Shown piece by piece: positions 52,983 to 62,633 of a stretch of DNA of 62,633 nucleotides. Positions within the stretch are counted from its first letter, which is position 1, and each line of letters starts with the position of its first letter. The notes under the pieces were generated by a model. It ran no database searches. It worked only from the letters and a program-made list of their open reading frames with translations, and was not told the DNA's origin. The stretch is from the NCBI GenBank assembly GCA_963663405.2, contig CAXXSM010000099.1:1-62633 (forward strand). The letters are read 5' to 3'. Position numbers and translations under genes: made by a program. The DNA comes from a bacterium (GTDB lineage Bacteria > Hinthialibacterota > Hinthialibacteria > Hinthialibacterales > Hinthialibacteraceae).

Positions 52983-53696
52983 ATGGGTGAAACTTTTAAC
53001 ATTTATTGCGACGAATCCTGCCATCTTGAGAACGACAGGCAAAAGGCGATGGTATTAGGTTCGGTATGGTGCCCACTCGACAAGACGCGGGAAATTGCCG
53101 TTCGCTTGAGAGAGATCAAGCAAAAGAACGGTATGCCGTGCGCGTTCGAAGTAAAGTGGACGAAAGTTTCCAAAGGGAAAGAACAATTTTACCTTGATCT
53201 CGTTGACTATTTCTTCGATGATGACGACCTTTACTTCCGGGCGCTAATCGTACCGGATAAGTCTCTATTACAACACGATTTCTTTCCTGGCCAAGATCAT
53301 GATACATGGTATTACAAGATGTATTTCGATATGTTGAAGGTCATTTTACGCCCGGATGCGGCGTATCGGATTTATCTTGATATCAAGGACACGAGGGGAG
53401 CAGAAAAGGCCGCAAGGCTGCATGAGGTTCTTTGTAATAATATGTACGACTTTTCACGAGAGGTTATTGAACGTTTGCAATTGGTACATTCTCATGAGAT
53501 CGAGCAGTTACAGTTAGCCGATCTTTTGATTGGCGCGATCAGTTATCTGAACCGGGATTTGAAAGGCAATAGTGGGAAAGAGGCTTTAGTACAAAGGATA
53601 CAACAACGATCAGGTTACACATTAACAAAAACGACTCTTTTGAAAGAAGAAAAGGTAAACATTTTTCGCTGGAATGCGGTGGAGGTTCAGGGGTGA
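52983..53696 (+). CDS. DUF3800 domain protein
   Basis: N-terminal IYCDESCH, EVKWTKV, IYLD and C-terminal QLADLLIGA; GAGAGG RBS before ATG 52983. Confidence 0.88.
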   Translation: MGETFNIYCDESCHLENDRQKAMVLGSVWCPLDKTREIAVRLREIKQKNGMPCAFEVKWTKVSKGKEQFYLDLVDYFFDDDDLYFRALIVPDKSLLQHDFFPGQDHDTWYYKMYFDMLKVILRPDAAYRIYLDIKDTRGAEKAARLHEVLCNNMYDFSREVIERLQLVHSHEIEQLQLADLLIGAISYLNRDLKGNSGKEALVQRIQQRSGYTLTKTTLLKEEKVNIFRWNAVEVQG

Positions 53697-54184
53697 ATAA
53701 TAATCTTTCCTGGCTTCCGCCACTTGTACTATTCGAAAACTATAACGGTGACTGGAAAATTTATCTGGAAGCCCTTTACGCCTATTTTAAGGAAGATTTT
53801 GTAGATAACAAACCGACTTTTCAGGGGCGACGTTTGGGGCTAAAACGACACCCCTTAACCGATCTCAAAGAAATAACGTTTTGGCATATGATATCGGAAG
53901 GAAAGGACGAAGAAGAACGGATTCCGGATCTTCGCCGGTGCGAGAGGATACGATGGCCAAAACCGGTTATCGAACATGATAACGATCCATCTATTAAAGT
54001 TTGGCGCAACACACGCAAGGGAAAAAATCGGATTTGTATCTGGTTAGAAACCGAAAATTATTTGGTGATACTCGCGGATCGTGGGAATTATATCTTACCG
54101 TGGACGGCTTATTTAGCCGAGAAACCACATCAGCAGAGAAAACTACTTCAAGAATATGAGGCATACCAGAAGAATAGGTCCTAA
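53693..54184 (+). CDS. Hypothetical protein coupled to DUF3800; putative BECR/RelE-like RNase
   Basis: GTGA overlap with the DUF3800 stop; FWHMIS, RCERIRW, YLVIL..R..YILPWTAY terminal strand pattern. The fold is inferred. Confidence 0.7.
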   Translation: MNNNLSWLPPLVLFENYNGDWKIYLEALYAYFKEDFVDNKPTFQGRRLGLKRHPLTDLKEITFWHMISEGKDEEERIPDLRRCERIRWPKPVIEHDNDPSIKVWRNTRKGKNRICIWLETENYLVILADRGNYILPWTAYLAEKPHQQRKLLQEYEAYQKNRS

Positions 54185-54250
54185 AAAGGCTAAAGCCGCC
54201 CTAGCGGACGGCCTCGTTACTCCTTCCACACATGGTGGATGAGCTATCTA
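54185..54250 (+). ncRNA. Putative structured RNA downstream of the DUF3800 operon
   Basis: Hairpin GCCGCCC-TAGC-GGACGGC followed by CTCGT..TCCAC-ACATG-GTGGA-TGAG stem with a large bulge; no U-tract. Confidence 0.5.
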
Positions 54251-54728
54251 CACAATAGCACAGGCAAACGATAATTCTAGATCTGTTTTAGGGTATTGCT
54301 CACATTCATTCTTACCGTGATATTGAGCGTATCCATTCGAAATCGTATGCTAAGTCCTATTTTAAAGACTCTTGACTATCCACTAAAGTCTTTCGATCTA
54401 ATTATAAAGCCGAAATTTCCCGTCCCCCACGCAGAGGTGTAATTGAATTGCGAGCGCGCGATCCGAAAGGGGGGGCGGGGGGTCGATCTCAGGGTTTTCG
54501 AGGGGAGAAAATTGGAGCCTTCGACGAAACCGATCCCGGTTTGAGCGTCCCAGGGCGAAGGCGCTCCCGATCGGGGATCATTTTCACCTGGAAAGAGTTG
54601 GATGAAGCCGCCGGATCGATTGAAGCCGATGGATTTCACCCGGCTAGGCTTCTTGTACGTCGCTTATTTGACGGGTATTTGATCGATGGGGCCAAGTTAT
54701 CAAATAAAATCTGAGGAAAAATTAATTA

Positions 54729-55133
54729 TTACTTCTTTGGAATGTTGTTGACGACAAGAATATCCTGACTTCCACTAAATTGAATCCCGTCAGATGTCTC
54801 TCCAATCAACGTAAGGGTATTGAGTTCACCAATATTAAGAGGCAAGTCTTTTATCTCTTCCATCACAAACTTCGCGACAAAGTTCCCTCGATTGTCTGAT
54901 TTCCAATGACTGATTTCAACATCGTTCAATGTTACCGTTGACCCTACAACAGCGCTATAAGAGATATCTGTGTGAACTGTAACAACCTCTCCCTGATTTT
55001 GAAGATTTAAAACATTCGGAGATACATCAATTTCAATCTCATAGAGTGCTTGCGCCACAGAAACAAAAGCCACCAATAATGCGACCATCCCGAAAACACT
55101 GATAGTAATTCTTTGTGAATTTTTGAATGACAT
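54729..55133 (-). CDS. Small secreted beta-rich hypothetical protein
   Basis: GGAGG RBS, signal peptide ending AQA, IEIDVSPNVLNL motif. Confidence 0.75.
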   Translation of the reverse strand: MSFKNSQRITISVFGMVALLVAFVSVAQALYEIEIDVSPNVLNLQNQGEVVTVHTDISYSAVVGSTVTLNDVEISHWKSDNRGNFVAKFVMEEIKDLPLNIGELNTLTLIGETSDGIQFSGSQDILVVNNIPKK

Positions 55134-55721
55134 CTCATCACCTCCACTTTTTTTTATTGAATCATAAGCAATCGCTTATTCAAGCCAATTGGATAATGTT
55201 TTGAAAAATCTAACTAACAGCTCCTATAAATAGAAGACAATCAATATTTCAGAAAAGCTTCACAGGGAATTTTTTTTTCCAATTCCGGGTAGAGGTCGTA
55301 ATAGAGTTTTTGAAAAAAACGCCGCTAACGGATAGTTATCAAACCAAAACCGGCAGGATTCCACCGGGTAAACCATTGGCTAGTTCGAGGAATCGGGATT
55401 TGTGTGGTGAGTTTTACTAAGGAAAGATCGAAGCATAGCCTCAATGTGAATCGAGAGTGTTTCTTCAGGATTAAGGTTTCGCTCCCTGCATCGAATCTCA
55501 AAGCGCCGCATCAGGATGGGATCAATATTTAATCGATAATCGTTCATTGTGGGTCCTCAATTCTCCGGATTGCATCCTCTGGAATGATGACGGGAACATT
55601 CCCGTCTGAAGGTATCATAGGATTTGATCCAACTTTATGTAACCAACGGAGTATAAATCTCCGAAGACGCCGCCCTGCTCAATCCTGTAAGGCTCTGAAG
55701 GGATTGAGGCTATCAGGCGGG

Positions 55722-56294
55722 CTAGGCGGTCTCCCGGAAGGTTTGCATCGCTTCCTGGAGTTCATCGTCAACAATGTGGGTATAAATCATCGTGGTTGAG
55801 AGGTTGCTGTGTCCGAGCGCCTTCTGAGTCAATCTGATGTTTCTCGTCTCCCGGTAGAGATCCGTCGCAAAGGTATGACGAAACGTATGGGGATGGATGT
55901 CCTTCACGATCCCGGCTTTATTCGCGAGACGCTTGACCATCGTTCTCATGTAGCGGTCATCGAGTGGAACGCCTTTGAGCGTTGTGAAGAGGAGCGAACC
56001 GGCTACAGGCCGTTTCTCTCTCCATCGCCGGAGCAGATCGAGAAGGTCCTCATTGATCCAGAGCGTCCGATCCTTCGCGCCTTTTCCGTTCCGGATGTTC
56101 ACCTTGCCGCTCATCCAGTCGATTTCCTTCGTCTCCAGGTGAAGGACTTCGGAGACACGAAGCCCGGCGTCCAACATCAGCCGCATCATACAAAGGTTTC
56201 GAAGGCCGGTAGGCGCTTTCGGATTGGGCTGGCTTAAGATGGCTTTCTGTTCGTCCGGTGTGAGTGTTTCGGGTAGTTTCTTCGGTGTGGCCAT
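55722..56294 (-). CDS. Small tyrosine recombinase (catalytic domain only, resolvase-type)
   Basis: AGLRVSE, GKGAKDR, HPHTFRHTFAT, LGHSNLSTTMIY. Confidence 0.93.
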   Translation of the reverse strand: MATPKKLPETLTPDEQKAILSQPNPKAPTGLRNLCMMRLMLDAGLRVSEVLHLETKEIDWMSGKVNIRNGKGAKDRTLWINEDLLDLLRRWREKRPVAGSLLFTTLKGVPLDDRYMRTMVKRLANKAGIVKDIHPHTFRHTFATDLYRETRNIRLTQKALGHSNLSTTMIYTHIVDDELQEAMQTFRETA

Positions 56295-56317
56295 GATTCC
56301 GCTCCATTTTCGGAAAT

Positions 56318-56400
56318 AGTACCGTTTCTGTATAAAAACGGTACTCTATTCGCCCTTTTCTCCCGTCTCGAGAGTACCCATGACAAAAACGGTACTCTAT
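56318..56400. promoter_or_regulatory. Two related imperfect palindromes upstream of the recombinase, putative binding/recombination sites
   Basis: AGTACCGTTTCTGTATAAAAACGGTACT (56318-56345) and AGAGTACCCATGACAAAAACGGTACTCT (56371-56398); 16-bp direct repeat AAAAACGGTACTCTAT. Confidence 0.6.
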
Positions 56401-56442
56401 CGCATTTTCAGCCTCGTCTTCGTCATCGTAGTTTCCTTTCAT

Positions 56443-56757
56443 TCACCGGCGGAACCATCCCCGGCGTTTGCTCTCGTTCCCGCGGGTGATTCGCTCCCGC
56501 TCCAATTGGTTGAGTTCTTCTCCGATCCGCTCGATCTCCTCCGCGTCGCGGCTTGCCGTCTTCCGGATCGCTGAAACCGCATCGAATACGTTCTTGATCT
56601 GGACATCGGGCAGACTCGCAAGAATGCCGATGATGTCCGGGATCGCTTTCGCGGTCCGAATGTCCTCGCGTTCATCGCCGAGAATGTCCTTGATCCCGCG
56701 CCCCAGGGCTTTCCGCTCTGTTGGTTTGACACTCGTTCCGTTGGTTCCATCGCTCAT
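56443..56757 (-). CDS. Small coiled-coil hypothetical protein of the mobile element
   Basis: GGAGGTGA RBS before ATG 56757; ends KRRGWFRR. Confidence 0.6.
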   Translation of the reverse strand: MSDGTNGTSVKPTERKALGRGIKDILGDEREDIRTAKAIPDIIGILASLPDVQIKNVFDAVSAIRKTASRDAEEIERIGEELNQLERERITRGNESKRRGWFRR

Positions 56758-56943
56758 CGATCTCACCTCCAAACAAAAAAATAAACCCGCACCAAACCGC
56801 TGAACCCTCACATTGGACAGAAAGCCATGCAAGACGGAATGATACGGGCTATAAGGAAATGCCCGACGAACTAGAGAGCTCGCCGGGCGCAGTTTTTTTT
56901 ACCTGACGGCTTTCTTGTCCAGCAATATGAGGGTTCGAGAATG

Positions 56944-56973
56944 AATATATCACAGGACGGGAGCAGAAGTCAA
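56944..56973 (-). promoter_or_regulatory. Sigma70 promoter driving a structured leader toward 56757
   Basis: TTGACT-18 bp-TATATT with extended TG on the minus strand. Confidence 0.55.
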
Positions 56974-57335
56974 CGGGGTTTTGCAATTTTTTTCCGATTT
57001 CCGGTTTGATGTTTGAAGAGGCCCTCTATATAGGATATGGATATGATATGGATATCATATGGATAGGCTTTGGGGAGGCTCTTGAAAATAGACTTAATAA
57101 TACAAAGTACTTTGCTATTCAAGATAGTGACGTATCCCTCAAAGGTACGTAAACGGTCATAGTTTCAAGAATTTTATCCCGTAACGCCTCGAGCTTGATT
57201 CGTTTCGGCAAATTACACCGGCTGTAACGCCTGCTCGTTGGCTGTGTGGGATTTTCTTGGGTCATTATTGCAAAACAACGAACGTCCAGCAGAACGAACG
57301 TATGGGGCCTTCCTGGGGATTTTGGGATATTTGCG

Positions 57336-60300
57336 TTATTCGATCCCCATCATCTCGGCTAGCGCCTGTTCAAAGCAGTCAAACGAAGATCGCAGGTAGA
57401 ACATGTTCTGATACGGTCCCAGCCGCCGCATCGCCCGCAGATCGGAGCGCCGAACGTCACCCCAGGCCAGTGAAGCGCCTACACGGGCCGCGTCCGTAAA
57501 GAAACCCGCCGTTGGTCCCATGATCGTATCCGTCACGTTCTTTAGCCAAAGCCGCTTTTTCCTTCTCCGTCCCAGGAGCCAGACCGTGAATGATCGAATC
57601 GTATTCATTCTTGATTTCCTTCCCCACCTTTCGGAGAGACAACGATCCAAATTTCTCCATGAGGTGAATGTCCGGATTCACCGCCCGCAAGTAGACCATC
57701 AAAACCCGTTCGATGTCATTTTCGAGAAATGGCTCGAAGAGGTCCAGCATGTCCGGAGGAATCCGCAACTCCCTTGGTTTCTCGAACCGCGCCTTGCCGG
57801 TCTTACCCCGCTTGCGAAACGTCCGGTATCCATCGGGTGACGATTCCACGCGCCGCACGTACATATCCACCCGGCGCTTCAATTTCGCCCGTTCCTTCGC
57901 CGTCAGCCGGTCCATCTGGGGAAGCCCCATCTCTCTTCGAAACACCTCACCGGCCAGCGTCCTAAACTTATTCGGCATGTGGCGGATCATCTCGATATTC
58001 CACATCTGCGGGACATACGTCCGCCGATAGTTCATGTCATTAAGGAGTTCTTCCGGGACCAAACCATACTTCACCAGCGCCTCTAACGTAGGATCGAACA
58101 CCTTGTCATGGAGCATCCGAACCGCCGCGAGAACCTCCGGGTGTTGGGGATGTTCTTCCCCCGCAAAAAAGCACTGCTTAGCTTCGATATCCGCATCCGG
58201 TAAAAATTGAGTCGCCCGGCCCTCTTCCATTGGCGCATTCAAAGCCCGCTCCTCAACCCACCGGCGTTTAGTTCTCGCCACTTCCTCAACGAATTGCCGG
58301 TACGTCATCGGGCGCGTTCCGCCTTGATCCCCAACCAGTTTGTCATACCCCCGCGCCGCCGCGTCCTGGATATCGAGTTTCATCTTCTGCAACGTTGGCC
58401 GGTCTATCGTCTCCGGGATCTCCTTCCCCGCTACACGCATCCGATACTTGATCCACTCCTCCCGCAGTCCCTCAGTGGCCATTCCAACCATCCGTTGACG
58501 TGTCAGCCGCTCGGTTGTCTCGACGGCCTGTTCACTGGGAATCCCAAAGACGTTCCCCCGGTTCCGCATCTTGTTTTCAATGAGTTTGGAAAAGGCTTCT
58601 CTCGCAACAGGAGACCGCAACGTAAACGCGAATAAGTCCGGAGCCGTCCGCATCTTGCCTAGAACCTTCTCCATCCCATAGGCGTCCGCGAGTAACGTCT
58701 GCCCTTCAATCTCAGGCATAATCCAATTCGATCCATCCATCGAAGTCACCCGGATGTCCGTAATGGGAGTTTCCTCAACCTTGATGAGCGGCCACTTCGC
58801 CGGATCGAAATCATGCATGGATGGACCACCGCCCCCCGGCGGCGTCTCACCAGCCCCACCCCGCAGTTCATTGACTATCGCGTCGATGGTCATGTCATCG
58901 GGCGCAGGTAAAGCCTTCTTCGGCTCTTCCCCCAAACCTTTGAAAAGAAATCCTTGGGTAAGCTTCGGCGTTCGTGGCTCTACCGCCTTCGGCACTCGCG
59001 GCCTACGTGGTATCAATGATCTCATTTCTCAATCCCTCCCGCCGCTTCCGCGATTTCATCCGGAACAACCCGGTTCCACACCCGTTCATAAATCTCTTCC
59101 GTGACCGCCTTCATCTGAGAGATTTCCTCATTCGAAAATTCGGGCCGCGTCCAATCGATTCCCGTTTGCAACAATTCCCACATAGCCCGCTTCGTATCCC
59201 GTAGTGTGTTGAAGTCATGACCAACACGTAACCCAGTAGCAACATGATAAATCTGAAATTGGCTCTTCTCCTCTTCCTTCAAGATCGCCAACCCGCCATC
59301 GATGACGGATGCCTTCCGTTCTTCCCCATCCCCCAGCGTCACAGTTTTCCCCGTCTTCCCCTTAAACGCCGCGTTGACGGTACGATCATACTGCTCCCAG
59401 TATTCCTTGATGGGATCAACCGGCGGCGTATACCGTTCCGCCTTCCCCGCCAACACCTTCCGGGCCAGATCGAGATCGATCTCATCTTTTACCCCTGCGT
59501 CACGACCAGACTCAGGAACGATCCGTTGCAATGCCGCGACAGGCTCCCCATCCCGATAGAACAACAAGGGCCGTGTGATGTCGTCCGGACGTTTGCCGGG
59601 GATATGCCGTATCGTGTCGTAATCGGTATAGTGTTCGATGAATTTCATCCGGTCCGCGTCGGCGATCAGATACTCATCCGATCCCGGCTCCGCGAGATAC
59701 ACCCGTCTTAATAACCCCTGCTCATCCCGCCAACCAACAACCTCCAACGTATCGCCCTTCACTCCCGTGGGGAAAAAACGAATCCCACATCCGTTGGAGA
59801 TTCTGAACCGGGATACCCTCTTCACCAAAACGATTGAGCTCTTTCGTTCGCGGTCTCAACAGCGCCGCCCGCTCATCTGCGGACTTGCGCCCCTTCTTCG
59901 TTACCCTGCGCGTGTCAATCATCGCCCGGCCATCGGTGACGAACGGCGAATCCATTGACGCCACATTCCCCGCATACGCGACGGTAGACTTAACGTTCGT
60001 TTTCAATTCCTGCCAGGGCCGAATCGAACGGGAACGCTGTTCCATTTCTTCCCGCTCAATCCGCCTCTTCTCTTCCGCCGCCGCCGTCCGTTTCGCGTTC
60101 AGGTCTTCGGCCTTTTGAACCGTCTCGCCGATCTTGTCAACGTCTTCCAAATTCTCCTGGATGGTCTGGATGAAGAGGCGCTTCTCCCGTCCGTCCAGAT
60201 ACTCCATCCCCTCGATCCGCGCTTCCAATTCCTCTACTTGCTTAAAGCGGCTCTCCCAATCTTCCTGAAGCCAGTAGTTGGACTCAATGGCGTCGGCGTC

Positions 60301-62633
60301 GATCTGACGAATATCCGAACCGCTCCCAAAGAAACTTCCATCCCCCAAGACGGAACCGTGTTCAACCTCCAGAATCCCGGCGTCCGCATCCGCCCGCGTA
60401 ACGCGAATAGCGATAACGCTCCCGCCCTTCTTCGATACGTACACGGCCCCCTCTTCGATCCCCAGCGCTGGAATCAGCGCCCGGTTCAAGTCGGCTTTCA
60501 GTTCGAGATTCTTCTCATCCAGGGTTTTCTTGAGCGGCTGAAGTTCGGCGATCTTCTCTTTCAGTGGCCGGATAAATTTCCCTTCTACCTCTTCCGCAAC
60601 CCGTTCCCGAAGGGCTTTATGTCTCTTCGCCTTGCGTTGAGATACCGTCCGAAGCCCCTTCTGTTCCAACGCCCGCCGGATCTCCGTATTCCGGGTATAC
60701 TCAATCTCTTTCTTAAGATTCTCGATCTGCGTCCCCAGATCCCCCGCCCGGAACCGCTCCCCCCGATACCTTGATCGAATCTTATCGATATCCACCGCAG
60801 GCTTAGCCGGTTCAGATTTCGGAACCCTTTTAGACTCAACATCGGTGATTCCCGCCTTCTGTTTGTAATCATCCAACTTTGGAAAATTGTAATCGATGCC
60901 GGTCCTGATGGCGGTTCGAATCGCGTCAGTCCATGCGTTTAAGATGAGTTGCTCTTTTTGAATTGCCTCAATGTCATCTATCTCAAATGCGGAATTCATT
61001 TCTTCATCGAGTTCCTGAATCCGCGCCTCAGCTTCAGCAAGACGTTCCCCGGCGTTTTCACGATTTACATCCTTAATCCATGACCACGCCCCGGTTTCCT
61101 CTTTCGCCGCCTCTGTCACAACCGGTTCCGCTTCGGGAACGGTCTCCTTCGATCTACGCACAGGCTTCACCGGCTCCCCGGTCTCCGCCGCTTCTTTCAC
61201 GGCGTTGTAATGCTTCCATTGCAAACCGGTAAACCGCCGTCCGGTTTTGACGAAAATCTTTTCCCCCTGGTCATCCACTCCCCACACCGATTTCTTGTTG
61301 ATCTTCTCGATGGTGATGTGACGGCCAAACCCCACGGCAAAAACTCGATCCCCCAGACTGATTTTATCAAGGGACTTGATCTCATTCTCTTCCACGGCCT
61401 TCGAGAGCGCCGCCTCTTTCGCGGCCTTCTCCTTCTCGATCTCAACATGGAGAATCACGTCTTCCGCTTCCCGGTGAAGCCCCGGCGTCTTTAGATCGAT
61501 CTCACCGCGCTCGTAGGCTCCGGCGACTTGATCCCGCCATTCCTCTTTGATCCGGCGCGAGGCGTCCCATTCCTTGGAACGCTTCTCATCGTAGGCTTTC
61601 TGTTGGCGCTTACTCATCCGGGCGTATTGATAAGGCGATATCTCCGCGATGTGTGGCTGATACACACCCGCCCGCCGCTGGTATTCATCCGGCCCGATCT
61701 CCCAAGCGGGAACCGTTTCGATCTCTCCCGGCTCTTCAGCAACCGGTTTCAATTCCGCGATGGAGCCTTCTTTAATATCCTTTCTGGTTTCCGCTGGAAG
61801 CATCCGCCCCGGCTCCAACACCCCAGACCGCCCGATCTCCCGCTTCAACCAATCGGTTTGTAGTTCTAAATGAGACTTGTTCCGAACAAGAAAATCCCGA
61901 TACGGCCCGGTAGCCTCTTCGGAAGAAAGAACGATCTCGTGATTCTTGATGATCCGTTCCAGATTACTCAACTCATCGGCGTATTTCCCAGGTTCCGGCG
62001 CGTAATCTCCCCACAGATATTCTTTCAGTTCACCCGGCTCCAACTCCATGAGTTCCGCCCTGGTTAAAGGCTCGCCCGGCTCTTCGGCGATCCGCACAGA
62101 TTCCCCGCCTTCATCCGGAGCGGGAAGCATTCCCCGGCTTTCCGTCATTGCGGTCAATTCATCGGGAGAGATCGAAGCCTCACGAAACAGCCGCGCCGCC
62201 TCTTCGGGCGTAATCGATCCATCGTTTACACCTTCAAGTAATTTATTATTCAAAGTATCAACCAACAAAAAACGGCGCTCAACGTCCGGCGAAACAGACG
62301 GCGCTTCGATTGAGGATTCAACCTCGATCACGTCATCGGCAACACGCGGCCCCGCTTCCGGCTCCGGAAGTCGAAGCGAAGGAACCTCTTGATAGTCAGC
62401 GTTTGCCGAATCCATCCGGGCCGCCCGCACAGCCGCCGCGATATCCTCTTCCGCCTGCGCGTTCAGCCGTTCAATCTCGAATCTTCCGATTTTCCCGATG
62501 ACCCCGCCGAGAAGTCCACTTACTAGCGCCGTAGAAAGAACGTGTTCAATGCCGCTCCCCTCATACCGTTCATCATAGAGTAAGGCTTCCGTTCCAGCCC
62601 CCGCGGCGGCGCCCGCCCCGGCGCTCCATTTAG
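57336..62633 (-). pseudogene. Fragmented giant phage-like protein(s) (internal virion/ejection or polyvalent type), 5' end outside window
   Basis: Abutting ORFs 59722-62430 (frame open to the window edge), 59022-59828, 57457-59025 and 57336-57650; highly charged helical sequence; YVPQMW..FLENDIE and GPTAG..RRLGPYQNMFYL resemble podovirus internal virion proteins (recalled, not searched); GC-rich. Confidence 0.6.

Noticed and set aside
57520-62501. Numerous plus-strand ORFs in the GC-rich right end
   Set aside because: Antisense shadows of the long minus-strand phage-like frames, expected at high GC.

Overview
Accessory-rich region of a bacterial genome, probably a long-read assembly with residual homopolymer indels. 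Protein style suggests a Gram-negative, possibly uncultured lineage (inference only). 1-12.6 kb: signalling block with a PAS sensor cut by the window edge, an Rrf2 regulator with a palindromic operator, an OprB-type porin, a frameshifted MCP and a 1782-aa hybrid histidine kinase. 12.7-14.65 kb: IS1182/IS5-like element whose transposase is broken by an exact 37-bp duplication around a 36-bp foreign insert, the geometry of an off-target CRISPR spacer integration. 15-38 kb: large secreted Pro/Thr-linker proteins, most sharing an unnamed C-terminal domain; one is split by an ISL3 element. 38.4-41.9 kb: overlapping pair of a class III cyclase fused to a degenerate NTPase domain and a glycine-zipper membrane protein fused to a STAND-like ATPase. 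42.4 kb: 3' half of tRNA-Arg(ACG) with arm-like repeats (att site). 42.8-49.1 kb: complete Tn3-family transposon whose tnpA is interrupted by an integrase-carrying IS91-like element. 49-55 kb: island cargo, including a wHTH-like/DUF3800/putative RNase operon followed by a structured RNA-like segment. 55.7-62.6 kb: GC-rich decaying prophage-like DNA. Best candidates for new biology: the DUF3800-nuclease-RNA operon, the neo-CRISPR-like insertion, the cyclase/TM-STAND pair and the shared C-terminal surface-protein domain.
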